64,000 nt of DNA from an uncultured Saprospiraceae bacterium (GTDB lineage: Bacteria > Bacteroidota > Bacteroidia > Chitinophagales > Saprospiraceae): the NCBI GenBank assembly GCA_937929945.1, contig CALFUK010000016.1, positions 9,379-73,378 of the forward strand, read 5' to 3'. A program made the position numbers and the translations under genes. Each line of letters opens with the position of its first letter. Within the stretch, counting starts at the first letter, position 1. This document shows, piece by piece, positions 1 to 9,522 of this stretch. The notes under the pieces were generated by a model. That model was given only the letters and a program-made list of their open reading frames with translations, searched no databases and was not told the origin of the DNA.

Positions 1-1231
1 GGCACGCCTCCTCTACGTTGATATAGCCGTCCGTGATGATCACTAAGGATCGTGAGCCATGCTCATCATGCTTAGGTATGGCCATGGCTTTCTGTACAGC
101 AGATAGAAGCTCTGTGCCACCTCCTCCGTACTCGCTGGTCAGCAGCCTTTTGGCTGATTTGATATTGGCTGAGCTAGCAGGGATCGCCTGGGGCGCGAGC
201 ATTTTAGAATTGCCAGCGAATAGGACGACATTAAAATAATCCTCTGGTCGCATGGTGCTTAATAGATCATCCATCAGCTGCTTGGTGACCTCGATGGGAA
301 AGCCGTGCATGGATCCAGATACGTCTACAATAAAAATAAATTCTCGAGGTGTCACCTGGTCGATAGACACTCGCACAGGTGGCTCGATCAGTGTCAAAAA
401 GAAGTTTTCATCTTTTGATTCGTAAAAGAGTGTACCGCTTTCCATTCGCTCACCAGCCAGCTGGTAGGTGAATATGAAGTCTTTATTGCCTTTCGACTTA
501 TCGCTATCTTTCAGCTTGACTAGCAGCCGGCTTTGATCTTTATAGTCGGCATTCACTTGGTGGCTGAGGCACTCTGACTGCTTGATGGGCAGGGGAGACC
601 TGATCTCCATCTGTAGATCAAACTGATATGGCGCTTCCTGGCCTTCAGCTAGATAGGGATTCTGAATAGTGTTGTGCTTAGCTGGTGATGAGCTATATCT
701 GGGACCGACTACAGTCGGATAGACGAATGTATAGACACCACTTTCAGGCAGCAAAAATTCATTGTACTTCATGAGAATATCGATGGATTCTCCAGGCGAG
801 ATGTTTGCGACATTCATCGTGAAGACATTCGGTTTATCTTGCTGCAGAAGACTGGCTCGCTTGCCTTCACTTTTAGCTTGCTCATAGTTTTGCTTGGCTT
901 TTCGTTTTTCCTGGATTTCAGCTGTGATCACCCGATCGCCGATGTGCATCTCCATATGATAGACAGCTGCTCTGGTAGATGTTGGAAATACATAGATGGC
1001 CTCGATGGCCTCAGTACCGTCATTCTGATAGCGCTGGCGCAGTGTGACATCAGCTATAGGCCCTGCCAGCGTAGCTGATACATTTGTAGACAGTAGTGAG
1101 AATGATCCTGGGATCGTCTTCTGACTAATGATGTCGAAGTATGGACTTTCATTATGATCACGATCTTGCTGTGCAAAAGATAGAGTAGGCACGATGGTAA
1201 CCAGTAAGATGACTCTTAGTATCGCATTCAT
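1..1231 (-). CDS. VIT (vault protein inter-alpha-trypsin) + von Willebrand factor A domain secreted protein, 5' part only (gene runs off window start)
   Basis: Reverse translation from ATG at about 1229-1231 gives MNAILRVILLVTIVPTLSFAQ (signal peptide), then VIT-like region, then FIFIVDVSGSMHGFPI (vWA MIDAS DxSxS motif). Not in ORF track because the stop lies left of position 1. Confidence 0.7.
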   Translation of the reverse strand, partial: MNAILRVILLVTIVPTLSFAQQDRDHNESPYFDIISQKTIPGSFSLLSTNVSATLAGPIADVTLRQRYQNDGTEAIEAIYVFPTSTRAAVYHMEMHIGDRVITAEIQEKRKAKQNYEQAKSEGKRASLLQQDKPNVFTMNVANISPGESIDILMKYNEFLLPESGVYTFVYPTVVGPRYSSSPAKHNTIQNPYLAEGQEAPYQFDLQMEIRSPLPIKQSECLSHQVNADYKDQSRLLVKLKDSDKSKGNKDFIFTYQLAGERMESGTLFYESKDENFFLTLIEPPVRVSIDQVTPREFIFIVDVSGSMHGFPIEVTKQLMDDLLSTMRPEDYFNVVLFAGNSKMLAPQAIPASSANIKSAKRLLTSEYGGGGTELLSAVQKAMAIPKHDEHGSRSLVIITDGYINVEEAC

Positions 1232-1328
1232 TTGTTTTATGTTTTAGGGCTGAACGGCTATCTGCGAGTAGGAAAGAATGCGCGAACATAATAGGCATCT
1301 TAGCTATCTCTATCATAGACGATTCATG
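1232..1328 (-). promoter_or_regulatory. Copy A of conserved ~95-nt leader element ending at the vWA-gene ATG (box CATGAATCGTCTATGA + ...GATAGCCGTTCAGCCCTAAAAC..ATG)
   Basis: 16-mer TCATAGACGATTCATG (plus strand 1313-1328) is identical at 8374-8389. The 3' part aligns with copies B/C. Contains mini-ORF ATG AAT CGT CTA TGA. Confidence 0.6.
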
Positions 1329-1673
1329 ATTCTGTAATTGATAATGGAATCAAGGTACAGATGCGAAGCAGTCCTTGGAGGGGCCGATGATCATGTGAGA
1401 TGTGTGGGAGAGTATGCGCTAGAAGGAGTATAGTATTCGTTTGAAGCAGTAGCTGTCACGCTGAGCAGCTCGGAAGTTGTTCGTTGGAAGTTGATAAAAA
1501 AGCCAAACCAATACCAACACTTTGTAAGCAGTTCAAGCAATTGTACCCACGTTAACTAGATTAGTCAAAAATTTATAATTGGCTTAGCTTTTTTTGACTA
1601 CTACAAGTATATCGTTATTATCTAAAAGCTTGTTTTCATAATTTCCCGATGGTCATTCTCAGTTTCCTTTTGG

Positions 1674-3422
1674 TCAGGATTCATCTATGATTTTAATCCT
1701 GATGAGCACATGAGTGCCCTTTTTTTCTCCATTTGTCGAGATAGAATAGTGCTCTCCATCTTGGTCGTTGATGTAATTGAGCCTTTTTTCTGTGATATAC
1801 ATTCCCAGTGAATCTTGCTGTGTTTGCTTCTCATCCATTCGTATGCCTGCCCCATTGTCTTCCACGGAGACATTGATGTAGTCACCTTGCTGATCCATTG
1901 ATATCTTGATCATGGATTGAGTTTTTATGTTGGCGATTCCGTGTACGATTGCATTTTCAACAAATGGCTGAATCAATAGTGGACTTATATGGACCTGAGA
2001 TTGGTTTATGCTGGGTTGAACTGTGATCGTGTAGGAAAATTTATTCTTAAATCTCAATTGCTCTAGCTCTAAGTAGCTATGGAGCATGGTGACTTCTTCG
2101 GCGATAGACACTTTTGCTTTGACGGAAGCATTCAGATTTTGCCTGATCAGCTTGGCAAATCTTGACAGATAGTCCATTGCTTTATCTTTCTTGTTATCCA
2201 TGATAAAATTCTGAATCGAGTTCAAACAATTGAAGATAAAATGGGGGTTCATCTGAGCTCGCAAGGCAGACCTTTCTAATTCTTTAATTTCTTGATCGAC
2301 TTGTAGCGCCCTTTTGATTTTACTATAGCCCTGCACGATCAGGTAGCCACATAAGCAGAGTAACTCAATGAACTGGCCAATCATCGCACTGTAGCGAAAC
2401 CCACTACCATACTCTAAGAACCCGATGAATGACAAGGGCTTAATCACAAACCCTATGACGACTGACACATAGCTGATGAGCAAGATCTTATAGAATCCAG
2501 GAGAGGTCGCATAGAAGCAAGCTCTGATCAATACGTATAAGTAAGCACATATTCCTAAAATGGATAGTGCATTATAGAATCCGATGAATGCACTGATATG
2601 CAAGTCATATACGCCTGTCAGTACCATGCCAATCATGATGATACAAGTGAGACTCAGTGCCTTATGCGCGTAGTCAAAAATAAGCTTGAGTCTCGTGACG
2701 GGAAGTAAGTGATGGCCTATCTGTATTAGAGCTAACAGACCTGCGAGAACAGACACATACAGTGGTTTTCCTCCAAGTGAAAATGGGAGATGCACACCCT
2801 GCTCGCGCAGATGAAACACATTAGAAAAGATAATGTAGAGACAGAGCCACAAGTAAATGCTTTTGCCAGAGACAATGAGAGAGATTAAGGCGTAAATGAA
2901 AAACAGAAAAAAGGCACCAAAGAATAAGCCATTGATAAAATTGCGAGAAAGAAGTAGTTGATGAAACTCCTCTGACTCAAACACATAACATGGAATATTA
3001 AAGTCAGGTCTGTTTTTCACATCTAATTGTAAGAGTACGGATTCATGCTGCTTGACACGGAGATCAAGGAAATTTTTTGCTCCCGCTAGTTCGTTACTTT
3101 GGTACAGCTGCTGCTCAGTACCATCTTCATAGGTAGCTCGGAGTGAAAACTCATCGACTAAGTGATTATCCAACACCAAGGTGATGTCTTCGATCGAATC
3201 TTGATTAAGGATGTAACAATAGTATGACTTATGGTTATCATAATCCTCTGATTTTACCTGGGTCAGCGCTTCGATCCCTTCGGCAGATTGATCAATAAAT
3301 AGAATCCGCATTGTCTGATCATCGACCTGAGTGATGACATTCCGATTGAGTTCTGTCGGTGTATACTGAGCGATGGACGGGAGAGTTATACCAGCCCACA
3401 GGCAGCACAGGACAAACCACAT
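1674..3422 (-). CDS. Sensor histidine kinase, 7TMR-DISM extracellular/7TM sensor + LytS/YehU-type His_kinase + HATPase_c
   Basis: Signal peptide, seven-helix hydrophobic block, NPHFIFNCLNSIQ H-box typical of PF06580, C-terminal HATPase (DNGAGI). No response regulator adjacent. Confidence 0.8.
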   Translation of the reverse strand: MWFVLCCLWAGITLPSIAQYTPTELNRNVITQVDDQTMRILFIDQSAEGIEALTQVKSEDYDNHKSYYCYILNQDSIEDITLVLDNHLVDEFSLRATYEDGTEQQLYQSNELAGAKNFLDLRVKQHESVLLQLDVKNRPDFNIPCYVFESEEFHQLLLSRNFINGLFFGAFFLFFIYALISLIVSGKSIYLWLCLYIIFSNVFHLREQGVHLPFSLGGKPLYVSVLAGLLALIQIGHHLLPVTRLKLIFDYAHKALSLTCIIMIGMVLTGVYDLHISAFIGFYNALSILGICAYLYVLIRACFYATSPGFYKILLISYVSVVIGFVIKPLSFIGFLEYGSGFRYSAMIGQFIELLCLCGYLIVQGYSKIKRALQVDQEIKELERSALRAQMNPHFIFNCLNSIQNFIMDNKKDKAMDYLSRFAKLIRQNLNASVKAKVSIAEEVTMLHSYLELEQLRFKNKFSYTITVQPSINQSQVHISPLLIQPFVENAIVHGIANIKTQSMIKISMDQQGDYINVSVEDNGAGIRMDEKQTQQDSLGMYITEKRLNYINDQDGEHYSISTNGEKKGTHVLIRIKIIDES

Positions 3423-3480
3423 TTTGAGGATGGCTGTATCCGCTAGACTTAATATCTGTATACCTTTGATGATCGCTTAT

Positions 3481-5508
3481 TTATGGCTTGGCGTCTTTCT
3501 TGTGGCCATGCTCTTTGAACCAGCCTGTAATATAGCCCACTTTAGCCAGAAGATTGCTCGGCTTCGCGGCTATGCCATGACCGGCTTCTTGGATTCTGAC
3601 CAGCGACGCTGGAATCTGTCGCATCTTCAGCGCCTGATAATATTGCTCTGATTCAGACATCGGGGTCCTGTAGTCTTGCTCTCCTGTCAAAAGCATCGTA
3701 GGTGTATTCACTTGGCCCACCAGTGAGATGGGTGATCGCTTCATGTAGTGCTCGGGATCTTCCCAGGGCTTCATCGGAAACCAGTAATCCACCACGCCAG
3801 GTATATCAGCTGTGAGTGCCCAGCTGTACCAATTGATTACGGGCTTGGCGACGACTGCTGCTGCGAAGCGGTCCGTCTTGCCGATGCTCCAGCTGGTCAA
3901 GACACCACCTCCGCTACCTCCAGTGATGAAGAGCCGATCTGTATCGATATAGCCTTTCTCGATCACGGCATCGACACCAGACATCAGATCATCGTAGTCA
4001 TTCCCTGGATAATTATGATGGATGAGATTTGCGAAATCCTCGCCGTAGCTGGTGCTGCCTCGCGGATTCGTGTAGAGAACCACATAGCCTTGACTGGCGA
4101 ACAGCTGCAGCTCTGCGGAGAAGCGATCGCCGTAATTAGCGAAAGGCCCACCGTGGATTTCCAGCATCAGCGGGTATTTCTTCTCAGGATCAAAATCAGG
4201 GGGTGTCATGATCCAACCTTGAATTCTTTGACCGTCATAATCAGACTCATACCAGATTTCTTCTACCTGACCCAGTGCCTTGTGCGCGAGCAAGTCTTTA
4301 TTAACAGCAGTTAAAGTCTTCGGCTTTGTGAATGATCGAGACACGACAGCAAGTTCCGCTGGCTGGACAGGTGTCGACTGTGTAAAGGCTATCAGACCAT
4401 CATGAACATCATAGTCGCCGCCATCATAGGGTCTGCCAATAGAAGAACCGCCTAAATTATGAGCCAGGTTTTTCATTTCCCCTGATGTGCTGATGTAGCC
4501 TATTTTCGTATTTCCTTCTTGATCATACTGAAAGTAGAGACCCTTACTGTCCTCACGCCATGTCAGATGGTAGAAGGATAAGTCTATATCCATGGAGACG
4601 CAGCGACTGTCTGAGCCATCTACATTCATGAGGTAGAGTCTCTCTTCTTGATGTCCCAGCTTTTGATCATCGTAGCCGAGATAAGCGATGGTCCTCCCAT
4701 CAGGGGATACTGCAGCTGCGTGGTCAGGGCCGTATCGGCTGGTGAGTGCTTTAGCCTGCAGACTAGCAATGTCCATGACATATACTTCTGTATCGAAGGG
4801 ATTCATTTCTCGATCAGTCCTCTGATTGCTGGAATAATAGATGGTCTTACCATCAGGTGCCCACACAGCGGCTGAGTGATTGTAATCGCCTGTGGTGATC
4901 TGTCGAGGTGTACCTCCTTCCGCCGGCATCAGAAAGAGCTGACTGTAGCTTTCATCCTGAAGGCCGCTGCCGTCTGACCGATACACCAGCCGGTCTATGT
5001 ATTTAGGGGCGGGTGCCCAGGTAGCGCCTTCTGGTTTCTTTGCCTTGTAGATGCCTTTCTCCGCTTGTTTTTCTACCCTCATATTGAAGAGCAGCCACTC
5101 GCCGTCAGGTGACCAGCTGATGTTGGAGGGTGCTGTGGTCAGATTGGTGATGCTGGAGCTTTTGCCATTGTCTAGCCACATCATGTGAATCTGTGGCTTA
5201 CCTGAGCCGTCAGAGACATAGAGTATTTTGGATCCATCAGGCGACCATCGCGGGGAGTGATGACTTTCATTGCCTGAAGTCAGTGGCCTGTGTGCGGAGC
5301 CATCTGCTTGGATGGTCCATAGATTAGACAAGCGGCTGTCCGTCATCACATCATTGAATGATCTGGCATAGACGATGGTCTTACCATCTGGCGCTATCTG
5401 AGGATCAGTGACGAACTCTAAGTCGTATACATCCAAGGGCTGAAATGTGTCTTGGGCAGTGCTAGAAAATATGAAGCAAAATGCGAAGTAGAAAATTAGC
5501 AGTCTCAT
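3481..5508 (-). CDS. S9 family serine peptidase (prolyl oligopeptidase/acylaminoacyl-peptidase type) with N-terminal TolB-like beta-propeller
   Basis: Signal peptide. Repeated WSPDG propeller motifs. Catalytic GGSGGG nucleophile elbow and C-terminal His (EAGHGI). Confidence 0.85.
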   Translation of the reverse strand: MRLLIFYFAFCFIFSSTAQDTFQPLDVYDLEFVTDPQIAPDGKTIVYARSFNDVMTDSRLSNLWTIQADGSAHRPLTSGNESHHSPRWSPDGSKILYVSDGSGKPQIHMMWLDNGKSSSITNLTTAPSNISWSPDGEWLLFNMRVEKQAEKGIYKAKKPEGATWAPAPKYIDRLVYRSDGSGLQDESYSQLFLMPAEGGTPRQITTGDYNHSAAVWAPDGKTIYYSSNQRTDREMNPFDTEVYVMDIASLQAKALTSRYGPDHAAAVSPDGRTIAYLGYDDQKLGHQEERLYLMNVDGSDSRCVSMDIDLSFYHLTWREDSKGLYFQYDQEGNTKIGYISTSGEMKNLAHNLGGSSIGRPYDGGDYDVHDGLIAFTQSTPVQPAELAVVSRSFTKPKTLTAVNKDLLAHKALGQVEEIWYESDYDGQRIQGWIMTPPDFDPEKKYPLMLEIHGGPFANYGDRFSAELQLFASQGYVVLYTNPRGSTSYGEDFANLIHHNYPGNDYDDLMSGVDAVIEKGYIDTDRLFITGGSGGGVLTSWSIGKTDRFAAAVVAKPVINWYSWALTADIPGVVDYWFPMKPWEDPEHYMKRSPISLVGQVNTPTMLLTGEQDYRTPMSESEQYYQALKMRQIPASLVRIQEAGHGIAAKPSNLLAKVGYITGWFKEHGHKKDAKP

Positions 5509-5711
5509 GTATCAGATTTTAGGAGAAGGTAAGGAAACTATTAGAAAGTCTTAATATTCAGCGTGGGAACAAATCCAGTACTGAGATAGACTAATGGAAT
5601 TAGCATACATGTTTTTGATTAGCACTGTCTTCCTCTTCTCGTTTTCGGTTTAATTCTTCCTTGGCAACAAACTGTATTTTATCGTCCATGTATTTAAATC
5701 ATAAAGACATG

Positions 5712-8294
5712 CTAATCTGGTATGCGGATCATATCTCCAAAAAATAAGGCATTTAAGAAGAGCTTATTCGTACCGTACCATGAGCCTCTGAAATTTGGAT
5801 TTTCTGCAAACAGCACTACGCGTCCGCTGCCCACTTCACTCACGATAATGGACGCTGACTTTTTAAGATAGTCATTCATGTTTTTCTCCGTGATGAAGCC
5901 ATCGATGTGCGGCTCATCCGTATACAGACCGACATTGGCATAGGGGTTTTGACTTGGCTGCAGCCACACCGTACTATTACGATACACAGGTATCTCAGAT
6001 TCACGGTAGCCGTAAGCTATTGGGTGGGTGATGTCCAGGTCTATCTCGAGGATAATGCCACCGATTCTCTCTTGTCCTAAGTCTTCACGAGCATGAACAT
6101 AGGGCATCCGGAGTACAGGGGCTTCTTCATTTTTGATTTCTTTTTTATCATCATCTTTATCTGCTTTGACGAGGGCTTCTTTGACGAGTTTTTTTCGGAT
6201 AGCCCAGGCACTTGCTGTCCTTGAAGTAATAAGGGTATTGCCTTTTGACACCCAGTCTTTTATCTTCTGGATAGCAGAAGAGTCTAGCTCACTATAGCTC
6301 GCTGATACGAGAATCATGGTATTATATTCAGTAAGATCTACTCTGCCGAAGCGACCGATGGGCAGCTTAGTGATCGGCATATCCACGCGCTGGTCTAAGA
6401 GGTGCCATACCTCACCCGCTTCGTAGCCACTCACACTACCTTGGATTAGCATGATTGCTTGGGGTTTCTGCACAGGACGGATCGAGCCACTGCCCAGATC
6501 AACACCTGCAGTTGCATAGCCGGTGTCAGCGGTATAAATATCGACACCATATTTGTTGGACGCTTGTTTTGTAAGATCATATAGTTTTGAAGAGGATATG
6601 CTTTGTGAAGCTACGGGTATCACCAGACTGCCATATGTCATTGATCGTTCTCCATCATCGGTCTTGATGCTGAATGGTTTTTGAGATACATTAACCTTGA
6701 CATCCTGATCCAGAAGATGGTACAATAAGGCTGGTGCATTGTAGTCTTCCCAAGGGATGATATAGGCATATTCACTTTGTGGATAAGTGCGAGACTGGAG
6801 CTGCAAATCATCCATTGTCACGGGGTCGCCCGTGCTCAGGCTGGAGGAGACTGCGGCATAGGGCATGTTATAGAAGTTAGCGAGAGACCAGGCTGAGGCA
6901 TCATAGAAGACGCTGTCTTGAAACTCATCGTAGGTCTCGAACATGGTCTGCACCATACGATATTGAGCTTGATCTGTCGGAACAAAATAAGCCTGCGCTG
7001 CTGAGAAGGCTTTACCATTTTGTCTGGTGTCTTTTTGTAGCTTGTAGACGTCAATGTGGTGCAACAGCAGCTTATCTAAAAATGCAGCATTTCGATTTTT
7101 ATCATATGCATCTCCGAAGACATAGCCTTTGACATTTGATGCCCTAGCCCGACTGATGGAAGACTGGAAAAATTCTCGTTGATACTCATGCAGGTAGTCT
7201 TTATTTTCTACAGAAGCCTTCACGGTGGCTAGGCTGGATATATACTGATTTCTGATGGTGAAGGCAAAGGTTAATTCGCCTCTGTCTCTGCTCTGGACAT
7301 GACCGCGAGAACTGGCCTGCTCAAAGAGCAATCCCAGTCCGCCCTGGATGTCAGGGTATGATGAGCCGTAGCCAGGATAGGTGCCATCGAAGACTTCCTT
7401 GGTGAAATACAGTGAGCCTACTTCATCCAGCGCGCTGCTGAAGTATCCGGCAAACATCTCATTCAGATCGATGTAGTTTTTCTTTGGCATGATCGGATCT
7501 TTTGAACCATTCGCCTTCATCGGCTCGAAGAAGAAAGTAGAGCCAGTGCCCATCTCATGAAAATCAGTGACGACATTAGGATACCAGTCGTGATACCACG
7601 TCAGTTTGCCACGGCTTTCCGGATTGATCCCCAGTAGCCAGTCCCGATTCAGGTCAAACCAGTAGTGATTCGTCCGCCCTCTGGGCCAGGCCTCATTGTG
7701 CTCCACATCCATTGGGTCATCCACGCGCGGTGAGCCTTTGTGCATGTTAGCCCAGTGGGTGTGGCGGTCTCTGCCATCGGGATTGATAACAGGGTCTAAG
7801 AAGATCACGGCATGTTCTCTGTATCGCGCAATGTCTGGATGATTAGATGCGACCATGGTGTAGGCTGTGAGCAGGGCGGCTTCTCCACCTGAGGGCTCAT
7901 TGCCGTGCACATTGTATCCTAGATTAATAAAGATAGGTAGTGAGCTGGAGGCCTTCTTATCAGATGTAGGATCTACTAAAGAGAGATGCTCTTGGCGCAG
8001 TGACTCCAGATTATTGATGTGGGCTGGCTGGCTGATCTGGAGCATCACCAGCTTGCGATGGCCGAAGGTCTGCCCATATTCTATCAGCGTCGCACGATCA
8101 CTCAGTCTGGCCAGTTCCGCTAGATAAGCCACCATTTGATCGTGTCGTGTGTGGTGATCTCCTATGGGATATCCCAGAAATTCTTCAGGACTGGGTATGG
8201 TACTCTCGAAGGGTGCATAAGCTTTGTAAAAGTAGTCTTGGGCAGTAGCCAGCTGAAATATCCCAGCAAAAAATAAAAGTAAACCTAATCTCAT
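5712..8294 (-). CDS. M14 family zinc metallocarboxypeptidase, large multidomain secreted form
   Basis: Signal peptide MRLGLLLFFAGIFQLATAQ. Zinc-binding HGNEPSG motif and carboxypeptidase-A-like core followed by about 500 aa of extra domains. Confidence 0.8.
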   Translation of the reverse strand: MRLGLLLFFAGIFQLATAQDYFYKAYAPFESTIPSPEEFLGYPIGDHHTRHDQMVAYLAELARLSDRATLIEYGQTFGHRKLVMLQISQPAHINNLESLRQEHLSLVDPTSDKKASSSLPIFINLGYNVHGNEPSGGEAALLTAYTMVASNHPDIARYREHAVIFLDPVINPDGRDRHTHWANMHKGSPRVDDPMDVEHNEAWPRGRTNHYWFDLNRDWLLGINPESRGKLTWYHDWYPNVVTDFHEMGTGSTFFFEPMKANGSKDPIMPKKNYIDLNEMFAGYFSSALDEVGSLYFTKEVFDGTYPGYGSSYPDIQGGLGLLFEQASSRGHVQSRDRGELTFAFTIRNQYISSLATVKASVENKDYLHEYQREFFQSSISRARASNVKGYVFGDAYDKNRNAAFLDKLLLHHIDVYKLQKDTRQNGKAFSAAQAYFVPTDQAQYRMVQTMFETYDEFQDSVFYDASAWSLANFYNMPYAAVSSSLSTGDPVTMDDLQLQSRTYPQSEYAYIIPWEDYNAPALLYHLLDQDVKVNVSQKPFSIKTDDGERSMTYGSLVIPVASQSISSSKLYDLTKQASNKYGVDIYTADTGYATAGVDLGSGSIRPVQKPQAIMLIQGSVSGYEAGEVWHLLDQRVDMPITKLPIGRFGRVDLTEYNTMILVSASYSELDSSAIQKIKDWVSKGNTLITSRTASAWAIRKKLVKEALVKADKDDDKKEIKNEEAPVLRMPYVHAREDLGQERIGGIILEIDLDITHPIAYGYRESEIPVYRNSTVWLQPSQNPYANVGLYTDEPHIDGFITEKNMNDYLKKSASIIVSEVGSGRVVLFAENPNFRGSWYGTNKLFLNALFFGDMIRIPD

Positions 8295-8389
8295 ATGTTT
8301 AAATTTCAGGGTGAAATGCCTATCATCAAATAACTAAGTTAAATCATCCACTTGGGTGTCATAATTATCTGCGTCATAGACGATTCATG
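8295..8389 (-). promoter_or_regulatory. Copy B of conserved ~95-nt leader element ending at the M14 carboxypeptidase ATG
   Basis: About 85% identical over 95 nt to copy C2 upstream of the epimerase gene (48065-48160). Starts with CATGAATCGTCTATGA (mini-ORF MNRL-stop), ends GATAGGCATTTCACCCTGAAATTTAAAC-ATG. Confidence 0.65.
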
Positions 8390-8762
8390 CGATGTTTCGG
8401 TGATGGTAAAAATGAATTATTGATTGATACTTGTAAAATATAAAATTATTTTGCCGATCTGCTGGTCTTATCAGCTTATTCATGGGTACGTCACTATTTA
8501 TGGGCAGCTAATTATGATCAGTGTGTGTCTTCTAATTAGATATGTGTTTTATAGATATTTGGCTATGGCTCTATCGCCAAAGGAAATAAATGTCAGCTTT
8601 AGGACGATAAGAACCTTGGTGTTGCCAATTCTAGCTTCTCAATCTGAATCAAATAACTATTTTAACGGATCAGTGTTTCATGAGTTATTGAATACATGAT
8701 TAAACATATGATGAACAGTCAAATAACTGCTGTTAGTCACACAAAGCAAAAATTGTATATAT

Positions 8763-9506
8763 ATGAGAATCATTCCTAAAGAAAAACAAGCATATGGAGC
8801 CTTTAATAATGGCGAGATTGTAGAAAATAAGCCCATTGGATTTCCACAGGACGGAGGTGATGTGAAGCCCTTTTCTAATCTATTTTACTGGGCGAATGCG
8901 ATAGCGCTGAAAGACAGTACCATAGGCTTGCATCCTCATCAAGGTTTTGAGATCATGTCGTTCATTCTGGAAGGGACCATCAGGCACTTTGATACGCAGA
9001 TGAATGCTTGGAAAGACTTGCACGCCGGAGATGTACAGATCATCAGAGCGGGCAGTGGCATCAGTCATGCCGAGCACATGATGGAAGGTTCGCGCATGTT
9101 TCAGATATGGGTGGATCCTAACCTGAATAAGACCATGACTCAGCCAGCCAGTTACAGTGACTATAAGGCAGATGAGTTCGCACCAGTGCCGTCTGGGGCT
9201 AACACCGTGAAGACCCTTATCGGTAGCAGCAGCCACTTTCAGCTGGACGCACAAGGACTGACCGTACAGGAGGTTACAGTGGGGGATCACTATGAGCTGG
9301 ATGTGGCAGCGGAGCAGAATGCGGCGGTCTATGTCTTGGATGGTGCGCTGACAGTGGGTGAAGAGTCCTGTGCTACGGATGATTTGGTCTTATTGGAAAG
9401 TGGTACGGCTCGCTTCTCGGGTGAGGGCAAGCTGTTCATCATCAAGTGCCTCAGCGAGCCAGGGTATCAGACTTACGCCAATATGATGGCATCGCGCGCT
9501 AACTAA
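8763..9506 (+). CDS. Pirin family protein (cupin)
   Basis: HPHQGFEIMSFILEGTIRHFD metal-binding cupin motif characteristic of pirin. Length 247 aa. Confidence 0.85.
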   Translation: MRIIPKEKQAYGAFNNGEIVENKPIGFPQDGGDVKPFSNLFYWANAIALKDSTIGLHPHQGFEIMSFILEGTIRHFDTQMNAWKDLHAGDVQIIRAGSGISHAEHMMEGSRMFQIWVDPNLNKTMTQPASYSDYKADEFAPVPSGANTVKTLIGSSSHFQLDAQGLTVQEVTVGDHYELDVAAEQNAAVYVLDGALTVGEESCATDDLVLLESGTARFSGEGKLFIIKCLSEPGYQTYANMMASRAN

Positions 9507-9522
9507 TTATTACCGTTTACAA

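Noticed and set aside
8424-8699. 91-aa ORF in the AT-rich intergenic region before the pirin gene
   Set aside because: Low-complexity hydrophobic translation of AT-rich DNA with no motif or terminator. It is likely promoter/leader DNA rather than coding.
8880-9290. 136-aa antisense ORF inside the pirin gene, and similar antisense ORFs inside the BNR, iorB, MnmG, HEAT/cytochrome and other genes
   Set aside because: They lie fully within well-supported genes on the opposite strand and have skewed Arg/Ser/Cys/His-rich composition typical of antisense frames.
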